A DNA stretch of 63,366 nucleotides, counting the filler, from Octopus bimaculoides (lineage: Eukaryota), in assembly GCF_001194135.2 (NCBI RefSeq). It is 11 parts of 10 records of this genome, joined end to end, with 100 filler letters (N's around TTAATTAATTAA, not from the genome) between each part and the next. Parts side by side here need not be neighbours in the genome. Positions count along the whole stretch, not along the records: positions 22,304 to 27,466 come from NW_026429531.1; positions 27,567 to 36,535 come from NC_068989.1; 9 more parts are not named here. One strand, 5' to 3'. Both the position numbers and the translations under genes were made by a program. How positions within the stretch are numbered: position 1 is the stretch's first letter; each line of letters opens with the position of its first letter. Below, in pieces: positions 22,903 to 35,599 of the stretch. The notes below the pieces were generated by a model that saw only the letters and a program-made list of their open reading frames with translations, ran no database searches and was not told the DNA's origin.

Positions 22903-23895
22903 TATGTGTGTGTCTGCATGAGTAGGTATATATGTCTGTATATAAATATATATCTGTAAGGCTATACAGGTATGCACACGCCTTCATTCATATATATATG
23001 CATATATATATATATATATATATANNNNNNNNNNNNNNNNNNNNNNNNNNNNNNNNNNNNNNNNNNNNNNNNNNNNNNNNNNNNNNNNNNNNNNNNNNNN
23101 NNNNNNNNNNNNNNNNNNNNNNNNNNNNNNNNNNNNNNNNNNNNNNNNNNNNNNNNNNNNNNNNNNNNNNNNNNNNNNNNNNNNNNNNNNNNNNNNNNNN
23201 NNNNNNNNNNNNNNNNNNNNNNNNNNNNNNNNNNNNNNNNNNNNNNNNNNNNNNNNNNNNNNNNNNNNNNNNNNNNNNNNNNNNNNNNNNNNNNNNNNNN
23301 NNNNNNNNNNNNNNNNNNNNNNNNNNNNNNNNNNNNNNNNNNNNNNNNNNNNNNNNNNNNNNNNNNNNNNNNNNNNNNNNNNNNNNNNNNNNNNNNNNNN
23401 NNNNNNNNNNNNNNNNNNNNNNNNNNNNNNNNNNNNNNNNNNNNNNNNNNNNNNNNNNNNNNNNNNNNNNNNNNNNNNNNNNNNNNNNNNNNNNNNNNNN
23501 NNNNNNNNNNNNNNNNNNNNNNNNNNNNNNNNNNNNNNNNNNNNNNNNNNNNNNNNNNNNNNNNNNNNNNNNNNNNNNNNNNNNNNNNNNNNNNNNNNNN
23601 NNNNNNNNNNNNNNNNNNNNNNNNNNNNNNNNNNNNNNNNNNNNNNNNNNNNNNNNNNNNNNNNNNNNNNNNNNNNNNNNNNNNNNNNNNNNNNNNNNNN
23701 NNNNNNNNNNNNNNNNNNNNNNNNNNNNNNNNNNNNNNNNNNNNNNNNNNNNNNNNNNNNNNNNNNNNNNNNNNNNNNNNNNNNNNNNNNNNNNNNNNNN
23801 NNNNNNNNNNNNNNNNNNNNNNNNNNNNNNNNNNNNNNNNNNNNNNNNNNNNNNNNNNNNNNNNNNNNNNNNNNNNNNNNNNNNNNNNNNNNNNN

Positions 23896-23953
<58 letters not shown>

Positions 23954-24280
23954 TATGTATATGTATATGTATATACACATAGTTACACACACACATATTT
24001 ACATTTGTGTGTGCATGCGTGCGTATATAGCTGTATCTATGAATATATTTATATATATAATTCAAAGAGAGTTAGAGGTTGTGAATATGTACATATGTAT
24101 ATATATTCGCATAATTGTTTAAAATATATAAATAGACATAATATAATGTCTAGCAGTTGATGCATACTACATCTGGATCCACTCCATTTTCTTCTTGCCG
24201 TATATATATATATACATACGGCAAGAAGAAAATATATATAATTGAAAGAGAGACACAAATATATGCATACATATATACAC

Positions 24281-24390
24281 GGTGCGGTAAATCTGCTTCC
24301 CAACTACGTGGTTCTGGTTTCAGGAGTGGGCAAGTGTCTTTTCTTATAACTACGGGCCGACTAAAGCCTTCTGAGTGCATTTAGTTCCTT
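24281..24390 (+). mobile_element. SINE family A head, partial
   Basis: GGGCAAGTGTCTT...GGGCCGACTAAAGCCTT. Confidence 0.6.
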
Positions 24391-24394
24391 AATA

Positions 24395-24575
24395 AGGGTT
24401 AAGGATGTTGAACGAAACACCTATGTTTCCAAGGGTGAATTATCCAAACCCGAAAGAATTCCCCTCAATACATGGCTATGATGCTCCCCTACTACTTTCT
24501 GCTCGTGATCAGAGATGCACATATCGTCAGCCATTAAGGGACATTCTCAACTGGTTAAGGTCAAACAACTGACAG
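24395..24575. repeat. Dispersed repeat shared with 31040-31186
   Basis: GGTGAATTAT...AAAGAATTCC...ACATGGCTATGATGCTCCCC...GTGATCAG...CTCAACTG in both copies. Confidence 0.75.
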
Positions 24576-24734
24576 AAGCACGAAGCAAAACTAGTCTTCG
24601 CCGCCCACTCAACCCCCCCCCTCCAAAAAAAACAGTCAATGATCCAGAAGCACTCGAGGAAACTGCGTCCTCAACTTGTTCCATTTACTCAAAGGTTTAC
24701 AAGGCACCAGCAGGCCTCAAGAGGCACATTCACG

Positions 24735-25155
24735 AGCTTGCTTTCTCATGTCAAGCACACTGCGTAACAGCTGGAATGGCTGCAATCGCCTGTCTCACGT
24801 AAGTTTGTAACAGCACGCAGGATCACCTTTTGTGATGGTGCCTGTCACTTTCCAAAATGCTGTCGGAATTTTCTTTGGGTTGCGGCGATGGGCCTTTGGC
24901 TGGTGATGTATGCTTCGACCACGTATGCAATTTCTTTTGGAGTCCACGATATTATGTGGGCCACCAACACCAACTACCTGTAAGAAATAGTAAAATGTTA
25001 GATGTGTTGATCTCCTATCACTTATGTTATGTAATTAATATATCAGTTATGTAATTAATATACCAGTTATGTAATTGATATACTTGGCACTCTGTCATTT
25101 TTATAATCCAAGATACTAGCATTTAAGATGTGTCCCATCATTATGGCCCACCCTG
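24735..25155 (-). mobile_element. Tc1/mariner remnant: left end and N-terminal HTH (DUF4817-like)
   Basis: TA-CAGGGTGGGCCA terminus at 25155; minus translation SWTPKEIAYVVEAYITSQRPIAATQRKFRQHFG...APSQKVILRAVTNLRETG (one frameshift). Confidence 0.7.
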
Positions 25156-26769
25156 TATATATGGGAAGATGAAAAGATTTTTCTCTACGTGGTGGATTGT
25201 TGTGAAAAATATTAAAAGTCGGAAAAGGCACTGAAATTTTATGTTGGACAAAATATGTACGTAATTTTTTATGAAATGAACTATTTAGTCGACCGGTTTC
25301 GCTTGTGCTAATCATTGCTAATAGGTTAGGGTTAAAGCTACACATTGATACTATCATAAGAAGTGTTCAATTCATGTTAATAGGAGGTGCATGTGTATCA
25401 TATTTAATGTATACACATGATTGACAGACAGGTAACTGCAGTGTTTGTTCTGAGAAAACATCCGTTAAGGACTTGCAGTGTTAAAAATACCATAAATATC
25501 ACATAGAGATGAAAATTCATCCCAGTAGCAGCCAGCGAGAATGCAAGATATAATTCGGCCGTTTGGGGCCTTTTCATCGGTGTATACTCAAATAGCAAAT
25601 AGCTACTCGGTAGAATAAAAATTTTGGATACGCAATTTATACAATATTTAATTAAAACAACCCTCTATGTATCAAACTTAATGTATATACATTATTGATA
25701 GGCAAGTAACTGCTGTATTTTTCCCGAGGTAATATTCCTTATGGACTTACTGTCTTAAAGACACAAATATCAGAAATGAAGGTTCGTCTCAGCAGTGGGC
25801 AGCGAGGACATTCCAACCTTAGGACCCCTTTCAACGACACGTCCTTGTAATCATTCACCTGTTTGGACAAGAATTCGTTGTCTCTGACATAAGAAAAATG
25901 GAATGAACTGGGATAAACAAAATAACCACCCCCTTCCCCCATCACAATCAGCACCGACAATGTTATATATATACCTTTATACACACACACATGTAAATAT
26001 GTATGTATATGTGTGTATATATATATNNNNNNNNNNNNNNNNNNNNNNNNNNNNNNNNNNNNNNNNNNNNNNNNNNNNNNNNNNNNNNNNNNNNNNNNNN
26101 NNNNNNNNNNNNNNNNNNNNNNNNNNNNNNNNNNNNNNNNNNNNNNNNNNNNNNNNNNNNNNNNNNNNNNNNNNNNNNNNNNNNNNNNNNNNNNNNNNNN
26201 NNNNNNNNNNNNNNNNNNNNNNNNNNNNNNNNNNNNNNNNNNNNNNNNNNNNNNNNNNNNNNNNNNNNNNNNNNNNNNNNNNNNATACACACATATATAT
26301 ATACATATATATACATACACGTGTGTGTGTGTGTGTGTGTGTATCCCTTAATCTTTTTATACCCGGTTCAGCTTCGTGGTTTTAATATATTTCCAACGAC
26401 CACCCGTCGTTTGAACGAAAGAGAGAGAGAGAGAGAAAGAAACGGGTGGACATACGAACTGAAAGAGACGAAAACGGGTACATGAAAAGTGAAATAATAA
26501 AGGTGCATTGTAGGTAATTGTGCTAGCATTAAGGGTATTAGGACGGAAACGGGGTAGATTGGTGGTACTGGGAGGGGAGTAATGGTGATTGTGGTGGGGG
26601 TTGGTTTCACAGGGTCAGGGTGAAGGGATTAGTCGGTTTTCTTATTGGACAAGGGGTGAGAGAGGTGGTACGGGTGGGTTAAGTATTGGGTCGGTTATTT
26701 TTGTATTAGTCTTTGGCGCTAGAGGTCACTACTAGCCGACGTTCTACAAATACACAAAGCTACAATTTG

Positions 26770-26939
26770 CATACATTTCCATAAGTGTCTGTGTGAATAT
26801 ATGTGTGCGTGTGTGTAAATATGTGTGAATGTGTGTGTGTGTGAATATATGTGTGTGTGTATGGCTGTGTGTGTGTGTGACTATCTGTGAATGTGTGTGT
26901 GTGAATATATGTGTGAATTGTGTGTGAGTGTGAATATGT

Positions 26940-26970
<31 letters not shown>

Positions 26971-27085
26971 AATATATGTGTCAATGTGTTGTGTATGTGT
27001 GTGAATGTGTGTGTGTGTGTGACTATCTGTGAATGTGTGTGTGTGTGAATATATGTGTGAATTGTGTGTGTGAGTGTGAATATGT

Positions 27086-27116
<31 letters not shown>

Positions 27117-27320
27117 AATATATGTGTCAATGTGTTGTGTATGTGTGTGGCTGTGTGTGTGTGTGAATGTGTGTGTGTGTGTGTGAATATATGTGTGAAT
27201 TGTGTGTGTGAGTGTGAATATGTGTCGATGTGTGTGTGTGTGTGAATATGTGTGTCAATATATGTATGTGTAGGTGTGTGTACGCTTGTGAATATATGTG
27301 TGTACGAGTGTGTGTGTGTG
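26770..27320. repeat. (TG)-derived higher-order tandem repeat, ~140-bp period
   Basis: GTGAATATATGTGTGAATTGTGTG recurs at 26901, 27045 and 27183. Confidence 0.8.
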
Positions 27321-27321
27321 A

Positions 27322-27466
27322 AGCGAGTGGCTTAATGGTTCGGGCATTGAACTCATGGTCGTAAGGTCGTGAGTTCAATTCCGGGCGATGCGTTGTGTCC
27401 TTGAGCAAGATACTTCATTTCAAGTTGCTCCAGTCCACTCAGCTGGCAAAAATGAGTAGTACCTGT
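27322..27466 (+). mobile_element. SINE family D (tRNA head plus CORE-like domain), runs into gap
   Basis: GTGGCTTAATGG A box, GAGTTCAATTCC B box, GTGTCCTTGAGCAAGATACTT. Confidence 0.75.
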
Positions 27467-27566
27467 NNNNNNNNNNNNNNNNNNNNNNNNNNNNNNNNNN
27501 NNNNNNNNNNTTAATTAATTAANNNNNNNNNNNNNNNNNNNNNNNNNNNNNNNNNNNNNNNNNNNN

Positions 27567-28125
27567 GCTGTAGTTTATAACTGGGACAGCTAAAGTGTTG
27601 ATACCCATTATCTTGTTTTTAGCATTGAGCTCTGTTTTTAGTATTGATCTAACTCGTCTATACTACTCTTTCTTTATTTTTTCTTTCATTTGTGTATGTT
27701 GTATCCTATCTAGTTCATTGACTCCTAAATACTTGTATGGTTGGCTTTCGTCTAGTTCTCTTATTTCATTGGCTTTATCTAGTGTTATATTGCTACTTTT
27801 AACTAATTTTCCTCTTTTCAGGGTTGCTTTGGCACATTTTCCTAATCCGAAATTCATATCTATTTCTTTGGTCAAGCTGTGTACTGTCTGTAGTAATGTT
27901 CCTAGCTCTCTGTCGTTTTTAGCATATAATTTTAGGTCATCCATATATAGAAGGTGGCTGACTGTTTTTCCGTAGCATTTGTAACCGCATCCAGTTCTAT
28001 TTAGCAATTCAGTTAAAGGTGTGAGTACCAGGCAGAACAGGAGTGGAGAGAGCATGTCTCCCTGAAATATTCCTCTTCTAATGGGGATGGCTTTCGTTTT
28101 CACAACTCCCTCTTTTGTTTGGAGC
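27567..28125 (-). pseudogene. R4/Dong-clade non-LTR retrotransposon RT fragment, 5'-truncated
   Basis: RRGIFQGDMLSPLLFCL...SHLLYMDDLKLYAK...YKYLGV...E*YRRVRSILKTELNAKNKIMGINTLAVPVINYS; one in-frame stop; 3' part in gap. Confidence 0.85.

Positions 28126-28187
<62 letters not shown>
28126..28187. repeat. (TTA)n array abutting the Dong 5' junction
   Basis: Direct reading. Confidence 0.95.
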
Positions 28188-28188
<1 letters not shown>

Positions 28189-28565
28189 CCGACGGAATGA
28201 AGTTGTTTCTCTCCTCGTAAGTTAGTGGTCTCTTTTTGAGCAGTAATCTTAAAATAATTGCTTCAAAATTAATTTAATAAGTAAACAAATACGGTGAAAC
28301 CAGCATTGTTGTAGGCATAGAAGAGGAGGAGAGAGGTTTTTGAAATAGAGAGGTGCAAGATGCCGTACTGTCTTCAGCCTACTACTACTCACAAATAGAA
28401 GGGGATGCAAGTACACATGTTCCAATGCCCGCACACGAAATTGCAGACACGTCAAAAAATAATGCCAACAACTTTAGCGATATCACAAACTACGAAGCTG
28501 AATTCCCTCCAATTCAATGGAATACTCAAAAAAGCGCTCAGAGCAGCAGTATCAAGACCACTTAA

Positions 28566-28870
28566 GGCGGTGAGCTGGCAGAAATTTAGCGCACCGGGCG
28601 AAATGCTTAGCGGTTTTTCGTCTGACACTACGTTCTGAGTTCAAATTCCCCCGAGGTTGACTTTGCCTTTTATCCTTTCAGGGCTGATTAAATAAGTACC
28701 ATTTACGCACTGGGGTCGATATAATCGACTAACTCCGTTTGTCTGTCCTTGTTTGACCCCTCTGTGTGTAGCCCCTTATGGGCAGTAAAGAAATAAGGAA
28801 CGTTAGCACACCGGGCAAAATGCTTAGCGGTATTTCATTTGTCTTTCAGTTCTGAGTTCAATTCATTCTG
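28566..28870 (+). mobile_element. SINE family B, full length plus partial second head
   Basis: GGCGGTGAGCTGGCAGAAAT...GTTCTGAGTTCAAATTCC...GGGGTCGATATAATCGACT...CAGTAAAGAAATAAG. Confidence 0.85.
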
Positions 28871-29166
28871 AGTTCATGCCCATCCTTTCATCCGCATTAT
28901 TTGTTGCAAGGAGACTAAAGGTTCTCATCGGCATCTAAAATGCTGTCATTTAATTTTTCTTCTGTTTTGTTAAAATTATTCTTTTGAATTGTCTACACAC
29001 GCACCCAGGTTGTAATAACGCATTGTTCCAAGAGTGAATAAAACATTCGCAAACGTGAGAGAATGAGCCCTTAGATATTAACATGGACCCCCATATATGG
29101 ATTGTAATGTTGTAGGGGCCCACTTGCCATCGGGCAACCTGTCTAGTCCGCCACTGCATACATACA

Positions 29167-29208
<42 letters not shown>

Positions 29209-29551
29209 NNNNNNNNNNNNNNNNNNNNNNNNNNNNNNNNNNNNNNNNNNNNNNNNNNNNNNNNNNNNNNNNNNNNNNNNNNNNNNNNNNNNNNNNNNNN
29301 NNNNNNNNNNNNNNNNNNNNNNNNNNNNNNNNNNNNNNNNNNNNNNNNNNNNNNNNNNNNNNNNNNNNNNNNNNNNNNNNNNNNNNNNNNNNNNNNNNNN
29401 NNNNNNNNNNNNNNNNNNNNNNNNNNNNNNNNNNNNNNNNNNNNNNNNNNNNNNNNNNNNNNNNNNNNNNNNNNNNNNNNNNNNNNNNNNNNNNNNNNNN
29501 NNNNNNNNNNNNNNNNNNNNNNNNNNNNNNNNNNNNNNNNNNNNNNNNNNN

Positions 29552-29720
29552 GAAACTGTTAAATTGAAACACTGTAAGACTGGAAATATTTATAACTATT
29601 ATTAAATATATATACATATATAAACTATTAAATGTGAAAGAATAAAAGTGAAACTGTTAAATTGAAACACTGTAAGACTGGAAATATTTATAACTATTAT
29701 TAAATATATATACATAGTTA
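29552..29720 (+). repeat. Direct tandem duplication, 98-bp period
   Basis: 67-bp identical block at 29552 and 29650; first copy adjoins a gap. Confidence 0.7.
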
Positions 29721-30063
29721 TATACACATATATATGCACATATATATATATGCATACACACACATAGTGGAACTATTAAAATTGGAGCAATAAAAGTGAA
29801 ACGTTTAAATGTGAAACAATATAAATGGAAAGTATTAAAAGTGGAATAATATAAACGTGCAATTATTTATAAATGTTACACCGTGGTATGTTTCACTTCT
29901 ATTCGTCGAGTTTTAAGGCGTAATACGAAACCAGTGTCAATGCTGCATTGTGTTAATTCAAAAAACATTACACGTTGACACTCATGGGATGTCATTGCTT
30001 TGTAAAATTAGATTTGACTTGATTGAGCCGTTTCCGAATGCAATGGGAACAGAGCAACGAAGG

Positions 30064-30071
30064 ATTATCTT

Positions 30072-30167
<96 letters not shown>
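30064..30167. repeat. (TTA)n array at the 3' end of the second Dong copy
   Basis: Direct reading. Confidence 0.95.
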
Positions 30168-30847
30168 TTCTTTATCATTTCTTTCAATTCTGCTTCTTTA
30201 TCTCTCCGAGTATTTTCCTGAAACCTAGGGCAAAGAAACGCAGACTATTGAAATAAACACACCAGGTTGTTCATTAACAAAATTACGTGGTACAGAAGGG
30301 TGGAAGAAAGACAGAGAAAAAGGTAAAAAAATAAAAATAATAAAAATGGAAACGAAGAAGATAAGGGGAAAGAAAATTCACAACGGCAATGCTGTTCTTA
30401 ATACTTGTGACGTACTAGTTAAGACAATCTTTTGCATTTCCTGCATGGATGGTAAAGCAGGGGGTCATTGTTAACAAACCTTCTGTTCGATTTTGATCAT
30501 TCCAAGTGCACCTACAATCATTGGTATTGTAGCCGTCTTGAGATGCTACATATTTTCGATTTCGATTACCAAATATTTATATTTTCTGAACATATCAAAT
30601 TCTTTTGCCGAGATATTATGGTCACAGGGTATGTTGATGTCAATCAATGAACAGACTTTATTGTTTTGGTCTTTCCCAACAATATTTGGTTTATTTGATG
30701 ATTCGGTCTGTACACTCTGTGAAGTCTTAAAGAATCGTCAAATTTTCTCCCTCAGATACAGCCTCAGAGTGCTGCTTATACCATTTGTCAGCAGTTTTGA
30801 TCTTATGATACCGACACATTATCCAATGTAGATATTGGCCAACTCTG
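30168..30847 (-). pseudogene. R4/Dong-clade 3' fragment: restriction-like endonuclease domain and 3' UTR
   Basis: RVGQYLHWIMCRYHKIKTADKWYK...EGENLTIL*DF...TDR...NKPNIV...CSLIDINIPCDHNISAKEFD...KY...IEIENM*HLKTATIPMIVGALGMIK...VLRTAL; stop at 30378; then (AAT)n. Confidence 0.8.
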
Positions 30848-31186
30848 TACCCATCTTGACTACCCGTCTGATATGGGTACACCTGGCACATGCAACACAT
30901 CATATGTGCGCGACATGGTGATCTCATATTAAGATAAACAGCGCATGACCTTGTACGTGGCACCCAGTTAGTAGTTTCTTCAGGTCCAGTAATTCATCCC
31001 ACTGAAAAGGTCCTTGAATAAGGTTTGTTTATAGATAATGAATGAAAAACTCCTTTATCCAGGTGAATTATTCAACCCCCAAAGAATTCCTCTCAACACA
31101 TGGCTATGATGCTCCCCCACTATTTCAGTTGGTGATCAGTGGCTCACTAAGTGACGTGCTCAACTGCTTAAGATGAAACAAGTGAC
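30848..31186 (-). repeat. Dispersed repeat fused 5' of the Dong REL fragment, partly shared with 24395-24575
   Basis: Sequence similarity; flanked by (TTA)n 31189-31251. Confidence 0.6.
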
Positions 31187-31188
31187 AA

Positions 31189-31219
<31 letters not shown>

Positions 31220-31253
31220 ATTATTATTATTATATTACTACTACTATTATTGT

Positions 31254-31540
31254 GGGGGCGCAATAGCCCTGTGGTTAGGGCAGCCGACTAGCGGCCGGAA
31301 GATCGCAGTTTCGATTCCCAGACCGATTTGTGTTTATTGAGCGAAAACACATAAAGCCCCACGAGACTCTGGCGACCCTTTTGTATTCTTTCGCCCCAAC
31401 TTCCTCTCACTCTTTCTTCCCGTTTCTTGGATAACGCTGCGATGGACTGGCGTCCCGTCCAGCTGGGGGAGAACACATACGCCATGGAAACTGGGAAACC
31501 AGGACTATGAGCCTGGTTAGGCTTTAAAAAGGGCACATAA
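31254..31540 (+). mobile_element. SINE family C
   Basis: GGCGCAATAGCCCTGTGGTTAGGGCAGCCGAC...GTTTCGATTCCCAGACCG; tail GGACTGGCGTCCCGTCCAG...GGAAACTGGGAAACC. Confidence 0.8.
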
Positions 31541-32214
31541 TAAGAAAAAAACTATTATTATTATAATTATTATTATTATTATCATCATCATCACCACCAC
31601 CACCACTACCTCCATCATCATCATCATCACCATCATCGTTATTATTACTATTTCAAAGAGATTAATGTTGAGCCTGTGATTTCGTAATTTAATTCCACGC
31701 GCCGTGTGTAATTTCTAGAGTGGTGCAGATCTGGGTTAATGCAAGGGTATATATATTTTTTTGTATGAAAGATAATAAGAAATGAGTCTTTTGCTCAAGG
31801 ATGAAAATGAAGCAAGCTTCTTCAATACTGCAAAACATATAACAAGCGCCAGTAATATACCTAAACGTATAAGCTACATCTATAGTTTGGAGCGATCATT
31901 TGTTTTGCTATTCTATTGGCGTAAATGTAGCATATATGTGTGTAAACGTCAGTATGTGCACGTATATTTATGTACATATATATGGATATATCTAGATAGC
32001 TATCCAGAGAGAGAGAGAGAGAGAGAAAGACAGGCAGGCACACAGAGAGAGATAGAGAGAAAAATAGAGATAGATAGATAGATAGACTGAAGCATGAACT
32101 TTTATAATCCTTATTTCGCTACCTAACTGATCGTCTAGCAGGAATATCCGAGCAGTTATTGAACAAATCATTGATTTTACATAAATGCAACACACACGCG
32201 CGCACACATTTAAA

Positions 32215-32274
<60 letters not shown>

Positions 32275-35200
32275 CGTATATGTTTCTGTTAACTTTTCAT
32301 TAGTTACATTGAAAGGAAATTGTTCCAAGGCAGACCTATAATCTATTAGAGACTTAATCGATCCCACTATATAATTATTCGGTATGGAGGTATTGATTCC
32401 TGAAGGATGAAAAGCGAAATTCTACCCCCATCAACTACTATTTTAGCTGCGAACACTAGTATAAGAATTTAATAGAGATATGCATTTTGGCCGAAAATCT
32501 CTTGTCTTAACCTATTTCTTGCTGCTTTGATGCAATGCTTATAATCATATGGGAAACGACTATTTGATTTTCCATATATCGAGCGAGTGACGTGATCTCT
32601 ATACTGAATGCCCCGAGCAATTGGCTTTCGTTGTTCTTGCTGTCGTTGCTTAATTTTCATGTCCCCAATAGTCGAAGAAACCTACGATTGAAGTCATTCC
32701 ATGTTGAAGTCACTTGAATTTTTTTTTCTGTCATACCCAATGTAACCTAAACAACCTCAATCGACTCGTCTTTAAACATGCTTATTTTCAACACTTAACA
32801 TGATTTAGCTGGTATTTCTAGCCGTTTGAGCGAAAGTTAGTAAACTGGTAGTAAAGGTGATTTTTATACCCAGGTCGAATCAACGAACTCCACTTATGAC
32901 TATTAATGGCATCATTATGGTTGTGTCGAAATGTATTATGCAAGTGTAAATATACACACAAGCACACACACACACGTAATAATGCCTGCCTGCGCCGTGG
33001 CATCCTTTACAGGTAATTCTTTTTTATCATAACCAGGGAAGCCGAGACGGTAACAGTGAGCTCTTTAAGACGTTGAATTTACTCTTACGTGGTTTCTATT
33101 TTGCCATCCAGCTAGGTTAGTAACCAGAGTTTGTTTCGATGCAAGTTATATACAAAATCATTTTAAGATTAACATGAAGGAGTACAAATACATTTTTCTA
33201 CAGCACATATTAACTTATACAAGGAAAAGTTTAACAGTGAATTTGATAGTTCATCTTCTTGACCTTCATCAGGCAGTCTGATGTTGGTGAGCTAGATGAG
33301 TCTCCGAAGCCAATATTAATCTTTCCCTTCTAAAATTTATTCTGCACACATGCACGTGTGTGTGTCAGTGTGTATGCGTTTGTGTATATGTCTGTCTATC
33401 TGTCGGTCTGTGTGTATGTATGTTTGTTTCTGTTATGTACACCTTGTCGTTGAGAGATGAGACATATGTGTGTCAAGTTTGCTTTCAGGTAATAAAGACT
33501 TCGTTTTATTTGCCACACATAAGTCGTATTTCATATACACCTAAGATCGAAAACACTATTAACTGTTGTATCATTTGTTGAGTTATTAAGTTATGCTACC
33601 ACGACAGGAAACATATATGTGTTTTGCTCACACTATATTTACTGCAGTGTACTCTATCCTGGATGTTCAATTTCAGATCTTCTTCACAGCACCTGCTACT
33701 GGATAAAATTTTCCTATTGCCAATTCTTACAGGGTAATATTATTGTTGATCCAATCTGACCATATTTTGCTCCATGTTACATCTGCCATGATCATCGACT
33801 CATTTTGTGTTCCAATGTATGACACAATCAAGGGGTGATATAGTTAATGATGTCATTGGCCATGATTTGGAGCAATCCCTTCCTAAAATACTGCAGAGGC
33901 AGCTGGGGAGAAGAGCTCTTTTGGCTCGTCCATTGTGAAAACAGGAAGCGTGTGTCTCCTCCCAATGTAGAATATTTGATGTGAAGTATTTGTTAGTTCT
34001 GCTCCTAATTCACGTTTAGACTACTACAATATGCGCTGTGTGCTTCTCCAGGTATAATATCTCACCTTTTGTTTTCTTGCCAATAGTTGTGAGTAGTTCT
34101 GGAATACTCAATTCTGGTTTACAAAATTTTACCACTATTTGAATCTCTCTTCAAATGTTGGACATTATGCTCTTCTTTTGGGATAGGACACTGGCAACAT
34201 ACGTCGCTATGATGTTTGTGTTTACATTCGTTGCGATGCACTTATACATACTGTCTCGGTGTTGTTAAAATGTAGGATTTCTTTTAATACTTCTATAGAA
34301 TTATGTCTCGCATTGGATTTAAAATAGTGAAGCATAGTATGCTTGCAAATAATATTCACAATGTAATCTGCAGGAAGTGTTGCTTTGAAATATACATCAA
34401 GTCATATCAAAACAACCATGTAGTTACACCAGTCAAGGAATACTGGTAGAATGTTCCATTAACAACAGGAATTCTGGGCAAAGATAACAGATCTGATATT
34501 GTTCTGTGAGGAAACAAAATCTTGCTCCGATGTAGAGATCAGCCTACCCATCGTGTGTGAGTGTACCATCAAAAGTCCAAGCAAAAGAGAATGTTTATGG
34601 TGAGTTAATGCCAAACTTAGAGCTCCTGTATCCTAAATATATATTTTCTTTTTGTAGTTATTATTATAGGTGCATTAGCCTACGTACCTACAAATTTACA
34701 GAATAACTTAGCAATTGTAGGTTTTTCGATGACACTGACACGCATTCTCTAAATCTAAACTATTAGTGGCACACGGAAAAATTTTAAGACATTCTGCCTG
34801 AAATACATTAGATGAATAGGCGAACACACTTGTGTATATGCATTGTCAGTTCAATCAACACACCAAATCAACTACAAATTTACGAACACCGGGAATTCAC
34901 TTTAACTCGAAAAACCTTGCTGCTTTGTTAGAGGCCATATTGAACTCTCTTCATAAGAACTTAAATAAGAATCAAATCAAACGCTTACATATACACACAT
35001 ATGCATTTCATAAAAAGTAAAAACTTTCATTTTTTAAACTTTGGATCAATCAAGATACTTGTGTCATTAGTAATTAGTGTTATAGTAAATGTTTTTTAAG
35101 CGTGTACATTATGCAATAAGTCTCACATAAATATTATACGACAAATTTATTGCAATTTACATCCGTAGTTAATAGGAATTTTGTGTTCAGCTAATAGAAG

Positions 35201-35599
35201 ATAATATATCTTATAGCAAGTTTCGCCAGCTCTGTAGAGCAAAATATATTTCATATGGAATAAAAGTCAATATTATTTAGATTGTAATGATATCCGTATA
35301 TTTACGGCTGGATATAACAAGGATAGATTAGTTAATTTACTCTAATTAGATAGTATTTTTTATTGCTGAGTTGTAAAAGGAGAGCATATATAAAATATTT
35401 TAGGGGTCTAAGTTGGGCAAGATGAAGTAAAAAACACTTATAGTACGATCGTAGTCTAGGCCAAAATGATTGCGTGTGTGCGTCGCTGAAGTTATCCAAT
35501 AGCCATAAGGAGGTATTAAAACAGGGGAACGGTTACGATTGTCGTCCAAACATTTTCTTTCTTTTAAACTATAGTCTAGGGCCGAGTGAGCGTATTGTA

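Noticed and set aside
28353-28565. 70-aa ORF with an EFPP motif, possibly LINE ORF1-like
   Set aside because: Too little similarity to call; ends inside a SINE
32469-32660. 63-aa minus-strand ORF (MKIKQRQQEQRKPIARG...)
   Set aside because: No recognisable motif and no good splice signals; length is within chance expectation
33250-33280. CTGATGA on the minus strand (similar isolated cores at 3531, 7549, 24524)
   Set aside because: No properly placed GAAA or pairing stems
33600-34600. Faint LINE-like peptide fragments on the minus strand (e.g. RIGNRKILSSSRCCEEDLKLNI)
   Set aside because: Too decayed to assign without a profile search
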